Shown one piece after another: positions 38,122 to 52,689 of a DNA stretch of 63,756 nt. The notes below the pieces were generated by a model. The model was given only the letters and a program-made list of their open reading frames with translations, made no database searches and was not told where the DNA came from. This DNA comes from Mizuhopecten yessoensis (Eukaryota), in assembly GCF_002113885.1 (NCBI RefSeq), contig NW_018407282.1, positions 494,293 to 558,048 on the forward strand, given 5' to 3'. Positions within the stretch are counted from its first letter, which is position 1; each line of letters starts with the position of its first letter. The position numbers and the translations under genes are program-made.

Positions 38122-41100
38122 GAGGGGGTGCTAGAGATACTACGGTAGAATGTGCCTCAAGCTTGTCCACTACCAGTACACATCTACATGAAACAGGGGG
38201 TGTTAGAGATACTAAGGTAGTACGTGTCCTCAGACCTATCCACTACCAGTACACATCTACATGAAACAGGGGGTGTAAAAGATACTACGGTAGAACGTGC
38301 CTCAAGCCTGTCCGCTACCAGTACACATCTACATGAAACAGGGGGTGTTACAGATACTACGGTAGTACGTATCCTCAGACCTATCCACTACCAGTACACA
38401 TCTACATGAAACATGGGGTGTTAGAGATACTACGGTAGTACGTGTCCTCAGACCTGTCCACTACTTGTACACATCTACATGAAACAGGGGGTGCTAGAGA
38501 TACTACGGTAGTACGTGTCCTCAGACCTATCCACTACCAGTACACATCTACATGACAGAGGGGGTGTTAGAGCTCCTCCGGTAGTACGTGTCCTCAGACC
38601 TGTTCACTACCAGTACACATCTACATGACAGAGGGGGTGTTAGAGATAATACGGTAGTACGTGTCCTCAAACCTATCCACTACCAGTACACATCTCCATG
38701 AAACAGGGAGTGTTAGAGATACTACGGTAGTACGTGTCCTCAGACCTATCCACTACCAGCTCACATCTACATGAAACAGGGAGTGTTAGAGATACTACGG
38801 TAGTACGTGTCCTCAGACCTATCCACTACCAGAACACTTCTACATGAAACAGGGGGTGTTAGAGATAATACGGTAGTACGTGTCCTCAAACCTATCCACT
38901 ACCAGTACACATCTCCATGAAACAGGGGGTGTTAGAGATACTACGGTAGTACGTGTCCTCAGAACTACCCACTACCAGTACATATCTTCATTAAATAGGG
39001 GGTGTTAGAGATACTACGGTAGTATGTGTCCTCAGACCTATCCACTACCAGTACACATCTACGTGAAACAGGGGGTATTAGAGATACTACGGTAGTACGT
39101 GTCCTCAGACCTGTCCACTACCAGTTCATATCTTCATTTAGTAGGGGTGTTAGAGATACTACGGTAGTATATGTCATCAGACCTATCCACGACCAGGACA
39201 CATCTACATGAAACAGGGGGTGTTAGAGATACTACGGTAGTACGTGTCCTCAGACCTACCCACTACCAGTACATATCTTCATTAAATAGGGGGTGTTAGA
39301 GATACTACGGTAGTATATGTCATCAGACCTATCCACTACCAGTACACATCTACATGAAACAGGGGGTGTTAGAGATACTACGGTAGTACGTGTCCTCAGA
39401 CATATCCACTACGTGTACACATCTACATGAAACAGGGGGTATTAGAGATACAACGGTAGTACGTGTCCTCAGACCTGTCCACTACCAGCACACATCTACA
39501 TGAAACAGAGGGTGTTAGAGATACTACGGTAGTACGTGTCTTCAGACATATCCACTACGTGTACACATCTACATGAAACAGGGGGTGATAGAGATACTAA
39601 GGTAGGACGTGTCCTCAGACATATCCACTACATGTTCACATCTACATGAAACAGGGGATGTTAGAGATACTATGGTAGTACGTGTCCTCAGACATATCCA
39701 CTACGTGTACACATCTACATGAAACAGGGGGTGTTAGAGATACTACGGTAGGACGTGTCCTCAGACCTGTCCACTACCAGAACACATCTACATGAAACAG
39801 GGGGTGATAGAGATACTACGGTAGTACGTGTCCTCAGACATATCCACTACCAGGACACATCTACATAAAACAGGGGGTATTAGAGATACTATGGTAGTAC
39901 GTGTCCTCAGACCTATCCACTACCAGAACACATCTACATGAAACAGGGGGCGATAGAGATACTACGGTAGTACGCGTCCTCAGACCTACCCACTACTATT
40001 AGAGATACTACGGTAGTACGGGTCCTCAGACCTACCCACTACCAGTACACATCTACATAAAACAGTGAGTGTTAGAGATACTACGGTAGGATGGGTTCTC
40101 AGACCTGTCCACTACCAGTTCACATCTACATGAAACAGGGGGTATTAGGGATACGATGGTAGTACGTGCCCTCAGACATATCCATTACGGGTTCACATCT
40201 ACATGAAACAGGGAGTGTTAGAGATACTACGGTAGTACCTGTCCTCAGACCTATCCACTACCAGTTCACATCTACATGAAACAGGGGATGTTAGAGATAC
40301 TACGGTAGTACCTGTCCTCAGACCTATCCACTACCAGATCACATCTACATGAAACAGGGGGTGTGAGAGATACTACGGTAGTACGCATCCTCAGACCTCC
40401 CTACTACCAGTACACATCTACATGACAGAGGGGGTGTTCGAGATAATACAGTAGTACGTGGCCTAGGACACATCTACATGAAACAGGGGGCGATAGAGAT
40501 ACTACGGTAGTACGCGTCCTCAGACCTACCCACTACCAGTACACATCTACATAAAACAGGGAGTGTTAGAGATACTACGGTAGGATGGGTTCTCAGACCT
40601 GTCCACTACCAGTTCACATCTACCACTACCAGTACACATCTACATAAAACAGTGAGTGTTAGAGATACTACGGTAGGATGTGTTTTCAGACCTGTCCACT
40701 ACCAGAACATCAACATGACAGAGGGGGTGTTAGAGATACTACGGAAGGACGTGTCCTCAGACCTGTCCACTACCAGTTCACATCAACATGAAACAAGGGT
40801 TGTTAGAGAGGATGTGTTCTCAGACCTGTCCATTACCAGAACACATCTACATTAAACAGGGGGTGTTAGAGAAACTACGGTAGTACGTGTCCTCAGCCCT
40901 ATCCACTACCAGAACACATCTACATGAAACAGGGGGTATTAGGGATACTATGGTAGTACGTGTCCTCAGACTACATAAAACAGGGGGTATTAGAGATACT
41001 ACGGTAGTACGGGTCCTCAGACCTACCCACTACCAGTACACATCTACATGAGACAGGGGGTGTTAGAGGTACTACGGTAGTACGTGTCCTCATACCTGTC

Positions 41101-44100
41101 CACTACCAGAACACATCTACATGAAACAGGGGGTATTAGGGATACGATGGTAGTACGTGCCCTCAGACATATCCATTACGGGTTCACATCTACATGAAAC
41201 AGGGGATGTTAGAGATACTATAGTAGAAAGTGTCCTCAGACATATCCACTACGTGGACACATTCCGCTATCAGTACACATCTACATGAAACAGGGGATGT
41301 TAGAGATACTATAGTAGAAAGTGTCCTCAGACATATCCACTACATGTTCACATCTACATGAAACAGGGGGGGTTAGAAACACTACGGGAGTACGTGTCTT
41401 CAGACCAATCCACTACCAGTACACATCTAGCTAGAGATACTACGGTAGAATGTGCCTCAAGCTTGTCCACTACCAGTACACATCTACATAAAACAGTGAG
41501 TGTTAGAGATACTACGGTAGGATGTGTTCTCAGACCTTTCCACTACCAGAACACATCTCAATGAAACAGGGGTGTTAGAGATACTACGGTATTACGCGTC
41601 CTCAGACCTACCCACTACTATTAGAGATACTACGGTAGTACGCGTCCTCAGACATATCCACTACCAGGACACATCTCCATAAAACAGGGGGTATTAGAGA
41701 TACAACGGTAGTACGTGTCCTCAGACCTGTCCACTCCCAGTACACATCTACATGACAGAGGGGGTGTTCGAGATAATACAGTAGTACGTGTCCTAGGACC
41801 CATCTACATGAAACAGGGGGTGTTATAGATACTACGGTAGTACGTGTCCCTACGGTAGTACGTGTCCTCAGACCTATCCACTACCAGTACGCATCTACAT
41901 GAAACAGGGGGTGTTAGAGATACTACGGTAGTACGCATCCTCAGACCTACCTACTACCAGTACACATCTACATGAAACAGCGGGTGATAGAGATACTATG
42001 GTAGTACGTGTCCTCAGACATATCCACTACGTGTACACATATACATGAAACAGGGGGTATTAGAGATACTATGGTAGTACGTGTCCTCAGACATATCCAT
42101 TACGTGTACACATCTACATGAAACAGGGGGTGTTAGAGATACTACGGTAGTACGTGTCCTCAGACCTATCCACTACCAGGACACATCTACATGAAACAGG
42201 GGGTGTTAGAGATACTACGGTAGGATGAGTTCTCAGACCTACCCACTACCAGTACACATCTACATGAAACAGCGGGTGATAGAGATACTACGGTAGTACG
42301 TGTCTTCAGACCAATCCACTACCAGTACACATCTACATGAAACAGGGGGTGTTAGAGATACTACGGTAGGATGTGTTCTCAGACCTACCCACTACCAGTA
42401 CACATCTACATGAAACAGCGGATGATAGAGATACTACGGTAGTACGTGTCCGAATGGGTATTAGGGATACTACGGTATTGCGTGTCCTCAGACCTGTCCA
42501 CTACCAGTTCACATCTACAAGAAACAGGGGGTTAAAGAAATTCTACGGTAGTTCGTGTCCTCAGACCTGTGTAATACCCTACACATCTACATTATACAGT
42601 GGGTGTAAGGGATACTACGGTAGTACATGTATTAAATAGGGGGTGTTATAGATACTACGGTAGTACGGGTCCTCAGACCTATCCATTACCCTACACATCT
42701 ACATTATACAGCCGGTGTTAGAGATAGGATACTACGGTAGTACATGTCGCCCGACCTGTCTAATACAAATACCCTACATATCTACATTATATAGTGGGTG
42801 TTAGAGAAATACTGTAGTACGTGTCCTCAGACATATCCACTACGTGTACGCATCTACATGAAACAGGGGTATTAGAGGTACTACGGTAATATGTGTCCTC
42901 AGACCTGTGTTATACCCTAAACATCTAATCCGAACTTTGAAAATTCCATCGTCAGCATCGGGAAAATCAGCTATGAGCAGTTAGTTAGAGTTTACGCGGT
43001 GCCTTTCAATAGAATATCGCCGTGTAAACCTCTAACACTGTTGAAGTAACATTATACCAGTGTTAGAAATTACGGTAGTACGTGTCCCCAGACCTGTCCA
43101 ATACCCTGAAACATCTACATTAAACAGGGGGTATTAGACGTAATACGGTAGTACGTGTCCCAGACCTGTCGAATACCCTACATATCTACCTTATTCAGTG
43201 GGTGTTAGGGATACCACGGTAGTACGTGTCCTAAGACCTATCCACCACCAGTAAATATCTACATGAAACAGGGGTTGTCAGAATGACTACGATAGTACGT
43301 GTCCTCAGACATATCCACTACGTGTACGCATCTACATGAAACAGGTATGAGGACACGTACTACCATAGTATCTCTAACACCCTCTGTTTCATGTAGATGT
43401 TTACTGGAAGTGGATAGGTATGAGGACACGTACAACCGTAGGATCTCTAACACCACTTGGTTAATGTAGATGTGTACTGCTAGTGGATAGGTCTGATGAC
43501 ATATACTACCGTAGTTTCATGTAGATGTGTACTGGTAGCGGACAGGCTTGAGGAACGTTCTACCGTAGTATCTCTATCATCCGCTGTTTCATGTAGATTT
43601 GTACTGGTAGTGGGTAGTTCTGAGGAGGTAGTGGACAGGTCTGAGGACACATCCTACCGTAGTTTCTCTAACATCCCCTGTTTCATGTGGATGTGTTCTG
43701 GTAGATTAGACAGGTCTGAGGTCACGTACTACCTGTTTCATGTAGATGCGTCCTGGTAGTGGATAGGTGTGAGGACACGTACTACCATAGTATCTCTATC
43801 ACCCGCTGTTTCATGTAGATTTGTACTGGTAGTGGGTAGGTTTGAGAACACATCCTACCGTACACCCTTTGTTTCATGTAGATGTCTACTGGTAGTGGAT
43901 AGGCCTGAGGACACGTACTTCCGTAGTATCTCTATCATCCGCTGTTTCATGTAGATGTTTACTGGTAGTGGATAGGGCTGAGGACACGGACTACCGCAGT
44001 ATCCCTAATACCCATTCGGACACGTACTACCGTAGTATCTATAACACCCCCTATTTAATGTAAGGTCTGTTATCCCTAACTCCCCGTGTTTAGTGTAAAT

Positions 44101-47100
44101 GTCTGGGTATTGGACAGGTCTGTTATCCCTAACAGAGATACTACGGTAGTACCTGTTACCACCTCTGTCTAATCCCCTGTAACAAGACTTTTACACTAAA
44201 CACGGGGTGTTAGGGATATTACAGTAATACATGTCCTCAGGTACGTGTCCTCAGACCTAGCCACTACCAGAACACATCTACAGTAGAACGTTCCTCAAGC
44301 CTGTCCGCTACCAGTACACATCTACAAGAAACAGGGGGTTAAAGAAATTCTACGGTAGTTCGTGTCTCCAGACCTGTCTTACGGTAGTACGTGTCCCCAG
44401 ACCTGTCCAATTCCCTACATATCTACATTATATAGTGGGTGTTAGGGATACCACGGTAGTACGTGTCCTAAGACCTATCCACCACCAGTAAATATCTACA
44501 TGAAACAGGGGTGGTAAGAATGACTACGATAGAACGTGTTATCAGACCTATCCACTAGCAGTACACATCTACATTAAGCAGGGGGTGTTAGAGATAATAC
44601 AGTAGTACGTGTCCTCAGATATGTCCAATACCCTAAAACATCTACATTATACCAGATTTTTGTTATCGATACTACAGAGGTACGTGTTCTCAGACCTGTC
44701 CACTACCAGAACGCATCTACATTAAACAGGGGTTGTTAGTGATACTACGATAGTACGTGTTATCAGACCGATCCACTACCAGTACACCTCTACCTTAAAC
44801 AGGGGTTGTTAGTGATACTACGATAGTACGTGTCCTCAGATATGTCCAATACCCTAAAACATCTACATTATACAGCCGGTGTTAGAGATAGGATACTACG
44901 GTAGTACATGTATTAAATAGGGGGTGTTATAGATACTACGGTAGTACGAGTATCCCTAACACCCCCTGTTTAGTGAAGATGTGTAGGGTGCTGGACAGGT
45001 CTGAGGTAGCGTTCTACCGTAGTATCTCTAGCAACCACTGTTTCATGTAGATGTCTACTGGTAGTGGATAGGTGTGAGGACACGTACTACCATAGTATCT
45101 CTATCACCCGCTGTTTCATGTAGAGGTGTACTGGTAGTGGGTAGTTCTGAGGAGGTAGTGGACAGGTCTGAGGCCACGTACTACCGTAGTATCTATAACA
45201 CCCCCTATTTAATGTAAGGTCTGTTATCCCTAACAGAGATACTACGGTAGTTCATGTCATCAGACCTATCCACTAGCAGTACACATCTACATTAACCAAG
45301 TGGTGTTAGAGATCCTACGGTAGGATGTGTTCTCAAACCTACCCACTACCAGTACACATATACATGAAACAGCGGGTGATAGAGATACTACATGAAACAG
45401 GGGGTATTAGAGGTACTACGGTAGTACGTGTGCTCAGACATATCGACTACGTGTACACATCTGCATGAAACAGGGGGTGTCAGAGATACTACGGTAGTAT
45501 GTGTCCCAAGACCTGTCCAATACCCTGAAGCATCTACATTTAACAGGGTATGTAAGGGATACTACGGTAGTACATGTCCCCATACCTGTCGAATACCCTA
45601 CTACTACGGTAGTACGCTGCCTCAGACCTGTCCAACTCCCTACACATCTTCATTAAACAGGGGGTATTAGAGATACTACGGTAATACGTGTCCTCAGACC
45701 TAGCCACTACCAGAACACATCCACATGAAACAGGGGATGTTAGAGAAACTACGGTAGGATGTGTCCTCAGACCTGTGTTATACCCGCCCAATACCCTACA
45801 TATCTACAGGGTATTAGGGATACTACGGTAGTACCTGTTACCACCTCTGTCTAATCCCCTGTAACAAGACTTTTACACTAAACACGGGGAGTTAGGGATA
45901 ACAGACCTTACATTAAATAGGGGGTGTTATAGATACTACGGTAGTACGCTACCCCAGACCTGTCCAACACCCCACACATCTTCATTAAACACTACCAGTA
46001 CACATCTCCATTAAACACGGGGTGTTAGGTGTCCTCAGTCCTATCCACTACCAATAAACATCTACATGAAACAGGGGATGTTAGAGATACTACGGGAGTA
46101 CGTGTCCTCAGACATATCCACTACCAGTACACGTCTACATGAAACAGGGGGGGTTAGAGATACTACGGTAGTATGTGTCCCAAGACCTGTCCAATACCCT
46201 ACACATTGAAACAGGGGGTATTAGAGATACTAGAGACGGACGGGTCCTCAGACATGTCCAATACCCTAAAACATCTACATTATACAGCCGGTGTTAGAGA
46301 TAGGATACTACGGTAGTACCTGTCCTCAGACCTGTCCAATACCCTGAAACATCTACATTAAACAGGGTATGTTAGGGATACTACGGTAGTACGCTACCTC
46401 AGACCTGTCCAACACCCTACACATCTTCATTAAACAGGGGGTGTTAGGGATACTACGGTATTTCGTGCCCTCAGACCTATCCATTACTCTACACATCTAC
46501 ATTAAACAGGGGGTCTTAGAGATACTACGGTAGTACGTGTCCTCAGACCTGTCCACTACCAGAACGCATCTACATTAAACAGGGGGTATTAGAGATACTA
46601 TCGTAGTACGTGTCCTCAGACATGTCCAATACCCTAAACCATCTACATTAAACAGATTTTTGTTATCGATACTACAGAAGTACGTGTTCTCATACCTGTC
46701 CAATACCCTACAAATATTGATAAAACAGTAGGTGTTAGGGATACTACGGTAGTATGTGTCCAAAGACCTGTCCAATAAGCAGACATTTACACTACACACG
46801 GGTTGTTAGGGATAACAGACCTGTCCAATACCCTGAAACATCTACATTAAACGGGGGGTGTTAGGGATACAACGGTAGTTCGTGCCCTCAGACCTATCCA
46901 TTACTCTACACATCTACATTAAACAGGGGGTGTTAGAGATACTACGGTATTGCGTGTCCTCAGACCTGTCGAACACCCTACACATGTTCATTTACATTAA
47001 ATACGGGGTGTAAGGGATACTACGGTAATATGTGTCCTCAGACCTGTGTTATACCCTAAACATCTACATTAAATTGGGAGTTAGAGGTACTACGGTAATA

Positions 47101-49220
47101 TGTGTCCTCAGACCTGTGTAATACCCTACACATCTACATTAAACACGGGGTGTTAGGGATATTACAGTAATACATGTCCTCAGACCTGTCCAATACCCTA
47201 CACATCTACAAGAAACACGGGGTGTTCGGGATACTACGGTACTGCGTGTCCTCAGACCTGTCGAACACCCTACACATGTTCATTTATATTAAATACGGGG
47301 TGTAAGGGATACTACGGTAGTACGTGTCCGAAGACCTGTCCAATACCCTACATTTCTACATTAAACAGTGTTAGGGATACTACGGTAATACCTGTCCTCA
47401 GACCTGTCCAATACCCTACACATCTACATTATACAGTGGGTGTTAGAGATACTACGGTAGTACGTGTTCCCAGACATGTCCAATACCCTACATATCTACA
47501 TTAAACCGGGGGTGTTAAGGATACTACGGTAATACATGTCTCCAGACCTGTCTAAAACCCTGAAACATCTACATTATACAGTGGGTGTTAGGGATACTAC
47601 GGTAGTTCGTGTCTCCAGACCTGTCTAATACCCTGAAACATCTACATTATACAGTGGATGTTAGGGATACTACGGTAGTACATGTCGCCAGACCTGTCTA
47701 ATACCCTGAAACATCTACATTATACAGCCGGTGTTAGAGATACTACGGTAGTTCGTGTCCTCAGACCTGTCTAATACCCAGAAACATCTACATTATACAG
47801 TGGGTGTAAGGGATACTACGGTAGTACATGTCCCCATACCTGTCGAATACCCTACATATCTACATTATATAGTGGGTGTTAGAGATATTACGGTAGTACG
47901 TGTCCTCAGACCTGTCCAATACCCTGAAACATCTACATCATACAGTGGGCGTTAGGGATACTACGGTAGTACATGTCCCCGTACCTGTCGAATTCCCTGA
48001 AACATCTACATTACACAGTTGGTGTTAGAGATACTACGGTAGTACATGTCCTCAGACCTGTCCAGTACCCTACATATCTACATTATATAGGGAGTGTTAG
48101 GTATACTACGGAAGTACGTGTCCCCAGACCTGTCCAATACCCTACATATCTACATTATACAGTGGGTGTTAGGGATACCACGGTAGTACGTGTCCTCAGA
48201 CCTGTCTAATACCCTGAAACATCTACATTATACAGGGGGTGTTAGAGATACTACGGTAGTACGTGTCCCCAGACCTGTCCAATACCCTGAAACATCTACA
48301 TTATACAGTGGGTGTTAGAGATACTACGGTAGTACGTGTCCCAGACCTGTCGAATACCCTACATATCTACATTATACAGTGGGTGTTAGGGATACTACGG
48401 TAGTACATGTCACCAGACCTGTCTAATACCCTGTAACATCTACATTATACAGTGGGTGTTAGGAATACTACGGTAGTACATGTCCCCATACCTGTCGAAT
48501 ACCCTACATATCTACATTATATAGTGGGTGTTAGGGATATTACGGTAGTACGTGTCCTCAGACCTGTCTAAAACCCTGAAACATCTACATTATACAGTGG
48601 GTGTTAGAGATACTACGGTAGTACGTGTCCTCAGACCTGTCTAATACCCTGAAACATCTACATTATACAGTGGGTGTTAGAGATACTACGGTATGACGTG
48701 TCCCCAGAACCTGTCCACTATCCTACATATCTCCATTATACAGTGGGTTTTAGGGAAACTACGGTAGTGCATGTCCTCAGACCTGTCTAATACCCTGAAA
48801 CTTCTACATTATACAATGGGTGTTAGAGATACTACGGTAGTACATATTCAATGGGTGTTAGGGATATTACGAGAGTACGTGTCCTCAGACCTGTCTAATA
48901 CCCTGAAATATCTACATTATACAGGGTGTGTTAGAGATACTACCGTAGTACATGTCCCCAGACCTGTCCAATACTACATATCTACATTATACAGTGGGTG
49001 TTAGGGATACCACGGTAGTACGTGTCCTCAGACCTGTCTAATACCCTGAAACATCTACATTATACAGGGGGTGTTAGAGATACTACGGTAGTACGTGTCC
49101 AAGACCTGTCCAATATCCTACATATCTACATCATACAGTGGGTTTTAGGGTAACTACGGTAGTACGTGTCCCCAGACCTGCCCATTACCCTGAATTATCT
49201 ATATTAAATAGAGGGTGCTC
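38122..49220. repeat. ~11-kb satellite array, 73-bp monomer (GTAGTACGTGTCCTCAGACCTATCCACTACCAGTACACATCTACATGAAACAGGGGGTGTTAGAGATACTACG)
   Basis: Subtype A (cactaccagtacacatctacatgaaac) dominates 38.1-42.4 kb and subtype B (aataccctgaaacatctacattatac) dominates 46.2-49.2 kb. The mixed zone has reverse-oriented blocks at ~43345-44133 and ~44949-45234. Confidence 0.98.
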
Positions 49221-50104
49221 GAGTCTCTCAGGTTTCAAACTTAGACAAGGTCGATGACCGGAAGTTCTATTGTTAATCTGTTCGACGTGTAATTTATTTT
49301 GCCGGTTGTATATTGTCAAACAAATTATTCCGTAAACGATTCATTAAAGAACAGGCGTGGTGAAGTCCTTTTTGACATTTCATCTGATTGATTTAAAATT
49401 TAAAATTGTCAGTATGATAATGAGTTTGAAGGCGATATTATGACCCGTACAGACAAAATTAAGTTATTGGGAGTGAGGGAATCGAATGGCCCATATATTT
49501 ACCAGTACACTGACCCCGTAATATCAAAGTTTACAATTTTAAGTGATAAACAATTTCATATAAAATGGATCAGGAATGGATCGGAATGACCATGTCACTC
49601 AGAAAGAATGTAAGGGTGCCTTATTTTTCAAGTGCCATATCTCATGCTGGAAAGGGTCTTGTTTCTGACTGATCTCCAACAGGTCGTGTTTGTGTATACT
49701 TAACGAATCATTCCAGATCTACTTACACGAGCTGACGATGACATTGTGACTTGCTTGATGATTTTCGTTACCTCATTTGAAACCCAACATAACGAATAAT
49801 ATACGTGGAGTTCGTCTTCGGACCATGCTAAAAATTAAACGGCGCATTTCTCTCCTCTTAAAAAATCCATGACGTATCAATGAATTGACTAAGTAGGTAT
49901 ACATTTGAAACAACTTATGATTTATTCTTGTTAATATGATTTTCAATCTGACCGAAAACATTGAAAAGCTGATAAAAAGTTGTCATTTGATTAACTTTAT
50001 CAAGAAAAAATATTAAAGAAAGTTTTATGTGCAGAAACAATGTATTGTACATGTTGACAGAGTTCAAACGTTAGTTTATTGCACAAAAAATGTGCAATAC
50101 GGTG

Positions 50105-50363
50105 CATCACTATGGAACTTATAAATAAGTCTGCTTCTGATTGGCTGAGGGTCGTTTATCAGAATATGAAATAATGCTATATTCACCGGATTTTTTACCG
50201 AAATCCGGAGATGAGCAAATTCGTAATATAGACATTGGAAATACTGTAAACTATTGTAAATGAAAGAAGAAAAACGTTTATCTCGGCTAACGCCTCGGTC
50301 ATTCTATTTTTTTCAGGTTCATATCACAACATATTCACCTAGTAAAAAGTCCATAATTGTATA
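50105..50363. mobile_element. Non-autonomous DNA element, Crypton-like
   Basis: Loose inverted ends (tatggaacttt / aaagtccata), internal tgattggctga, and subterminal ctcggctaacgcctcgg before ...ccataattgtata; layout recalled from invertebrate Crypton derivatives. Confidence 0.45.
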
Positions 50364-51403
50364 CGAACTCCATAGAAATATACATCTGAAACTGATTGAA
50401 ATAAGGAAAAAGTAAAGTAGGTGTAGTATTATCGAAAACTAAAACAGACACATCAACGGGTCTGTTTCTAAATTTCACACTGTGCATATATATTACGATA
50501 CAGAATCCTTCTCGGAATTCTCATTAGGTACGCATGGAGGAAATTATTAAATGCATAATCCGATAAGATTGAGACTGGTGCAATTAATGATAAAACGTTT
50601 CGTATCTGCAGCAATAAGCATTAAATGATGTAACACAGTTTCTACTAAAATTGCAGTCAAAACCAAATTTTTAAAATGAGTTTTAGAGAATTACAGATCT
50701 TACAATTAATATGTCATCAATCTATCTGCAGACATACAACCGATAGCAGTAATATGGCACCGACTGATGTTTGCATCATTAAAGACTTGCATGCTTATTC
50801 CCGCGCTCACGCGCGCGTGTGGTCCCATGCGGGAATTTGATGCTTTCCGAGACACGCTGAAACGTCTGCTGATGAAAACACGTGGGAAGTTTCACGTTAT
50901 CATCATTGCCATCATCTGTCAGAGGATATAAAACGATAAATATTGTCTTTGATAAAAAGCGCAACAAATCGGAGGTTTATAAAATGACTAGAAGGAACAT
51001 TTTCTATATCGGGGTGAAGGGGGGAGGTGGACAGTGAATTAACCTTAAATATTATTTTTCTTTTTATTAAAATTAACTGTTTAAAAATGTAAACTAGTAC
51101 TGAGGATCTAAAGATAAAAGGCCAAATGTGCATCAACGAATGGGATTAAACTTGTTTTTACTTACATCAAAATGTGTGTTGGTTCAAAATTAACGAATGA
51201 CAACAGTAGAGCATTTATTTTTTTATTTTTAGAAATTTCAATTGTCCACGTTAGCATACAAATGATTTGATTTGATTTATTTTTATTTTTCTGTTGTTCC
51301 AGTATATCCAGCTGTAAAAACAGGGAAACGCATGTTAGGAAACATTTGCGAAGGTCTGACGTCCTTTAACTGTCGGGTTAAAATAACGAAATACGCTACA
51401 ATA

Positions 51404-51554
51404 CAGTAAAACATCGACATGATGGCCTTCGTTTCATTAGCAACCCTTACTTACTGTCAATATATTTCAATGTCCAATTTTCTTAAGAATTTCCTCTTAA
51501 CGCCAAAATCAAACTAATCTGAACAAAAAGTGGCAGTATAGCGAGGTTTTATTG
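51404..51554. mobile_element. 151-bp pogo/Tigger-like MITE with TA flanks
   Basis: TA-cagtaaaacatcg ... cgaggttttattg-TA; interior aligns by eye with the reverse complement of 56145-56298. Confidence 0.8.
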
Positions 51555-52484
51555 TACGCGGCATGCAAGACATATGTATGTATGGAAGCTTGTACACGCC
51601 AGTCATATCAACAATGGGAACGTTAGCCCCGCTGATCTTCCATACTCCCGTATCTCGTCAACAAACGATTGCACCTAAATGATGCTAATGGAGTAATTTA
51701 AAAGCTCCTTTAATTTATGCATTGAAAATCTGTTAAGGATTTTAGATTGCATGTGGAAAATGAAACATCCTGTTCGGAGCCTCCCCTTCATTAACAGTAG
51801 GTGTGATGTATCGAGATTCAATGACCATCTCATCAAAACATACAGCACATGAAATGTTAAACTGACGAAAACATGTTGTGCATAACTCTCACAAAAAACC
51901 CTCAAAGAACAAACACGTGCAGAAGTTATAGTAAGTTACGGAAAATGTTCAACAATATGAGGAAGGTAAAATAACGAGGGAGACAGAACAGCACCTTGAC
52001 TGATTCTGGTGGTTTTTTTCTTTGACGTTTGACAGTGAATATATTGTTTGGTATTTTGCAGCTTTGGAATGGTCGCTTTTTCACAGGATAGGTTTGAAAC
52101 ATTTCCCTAATGACAAATTCTAGAGATATTTTCTTTTCACAAACTGTATTTTTCAGATTAAAAAAATATCTAGAATGAAGAAATTCTTTTCAACAGCGAA
52201 GTACATTTTATAACGGCTTAGTTGGAATATGCTGTACAGCTGGCACAGGAAGGGGTGTCCATTTTAAAGATTCAAGGGAAGTAATCGACAAGTTGTTTAT
52301 ATAATGATCAAGAATTACCATAATAAACTATACGAGACAGTGCTATACCCTGACGCATGCAACATGTTTGTTCACATGTTTTCCCCAAATAGGAGACGCA
52401 CAAGTACATCCCCAGTTCTGCAGGGCTTCCCACATTAGTTGCCTCTTACAACATACAGAAAGTAGCATCAGGTGTATTCTTTTC

Positions 52485-52689
52485 CGCGGTGGCCAAGTGG
52501 GTAAAACATTCTGCTACGACTAGCCCGCCACCACTGGGTCGCGGGTTCGAGGCCTCCGTGGGGCAGTTGCCAGGTACCGGTTGTAGGTCGGTGTTTTTTT
52601 TCTCTGTGAACTCCGGCTTACCTCTACCACCAAAACCTGGCACGACCATAGTTGTTCATAGGACGTAAAACACAAACAAACAAACAAAA
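52485..52689 (+). mobile_element. tRNA-derived V-domain-type SINE with 9-bp target-site duplication
   Basis: A box tggccaagtgg, B box ggttcgagg, V-like tttctctgtgaactccggcttacctctacca, tail taggacgtaaaac(acaa)n; flanked by ATTCTTTTC at 52476-52484 and 52690-52698. Confidence 0.9.

Noticed and set aside
38224-49004. Short ORFs with repeated RDTTVVRVLRP peptides
   Set aside because: Translations of the 73-bp satellite; no sustained reading frame.
52485-52570. tRNA genes here and at 57933, 36670-36740 and 14128
   Set aside because: A and B boxes are present but there is no proper cloverleaf, and most continue into SINE bodies and tails.
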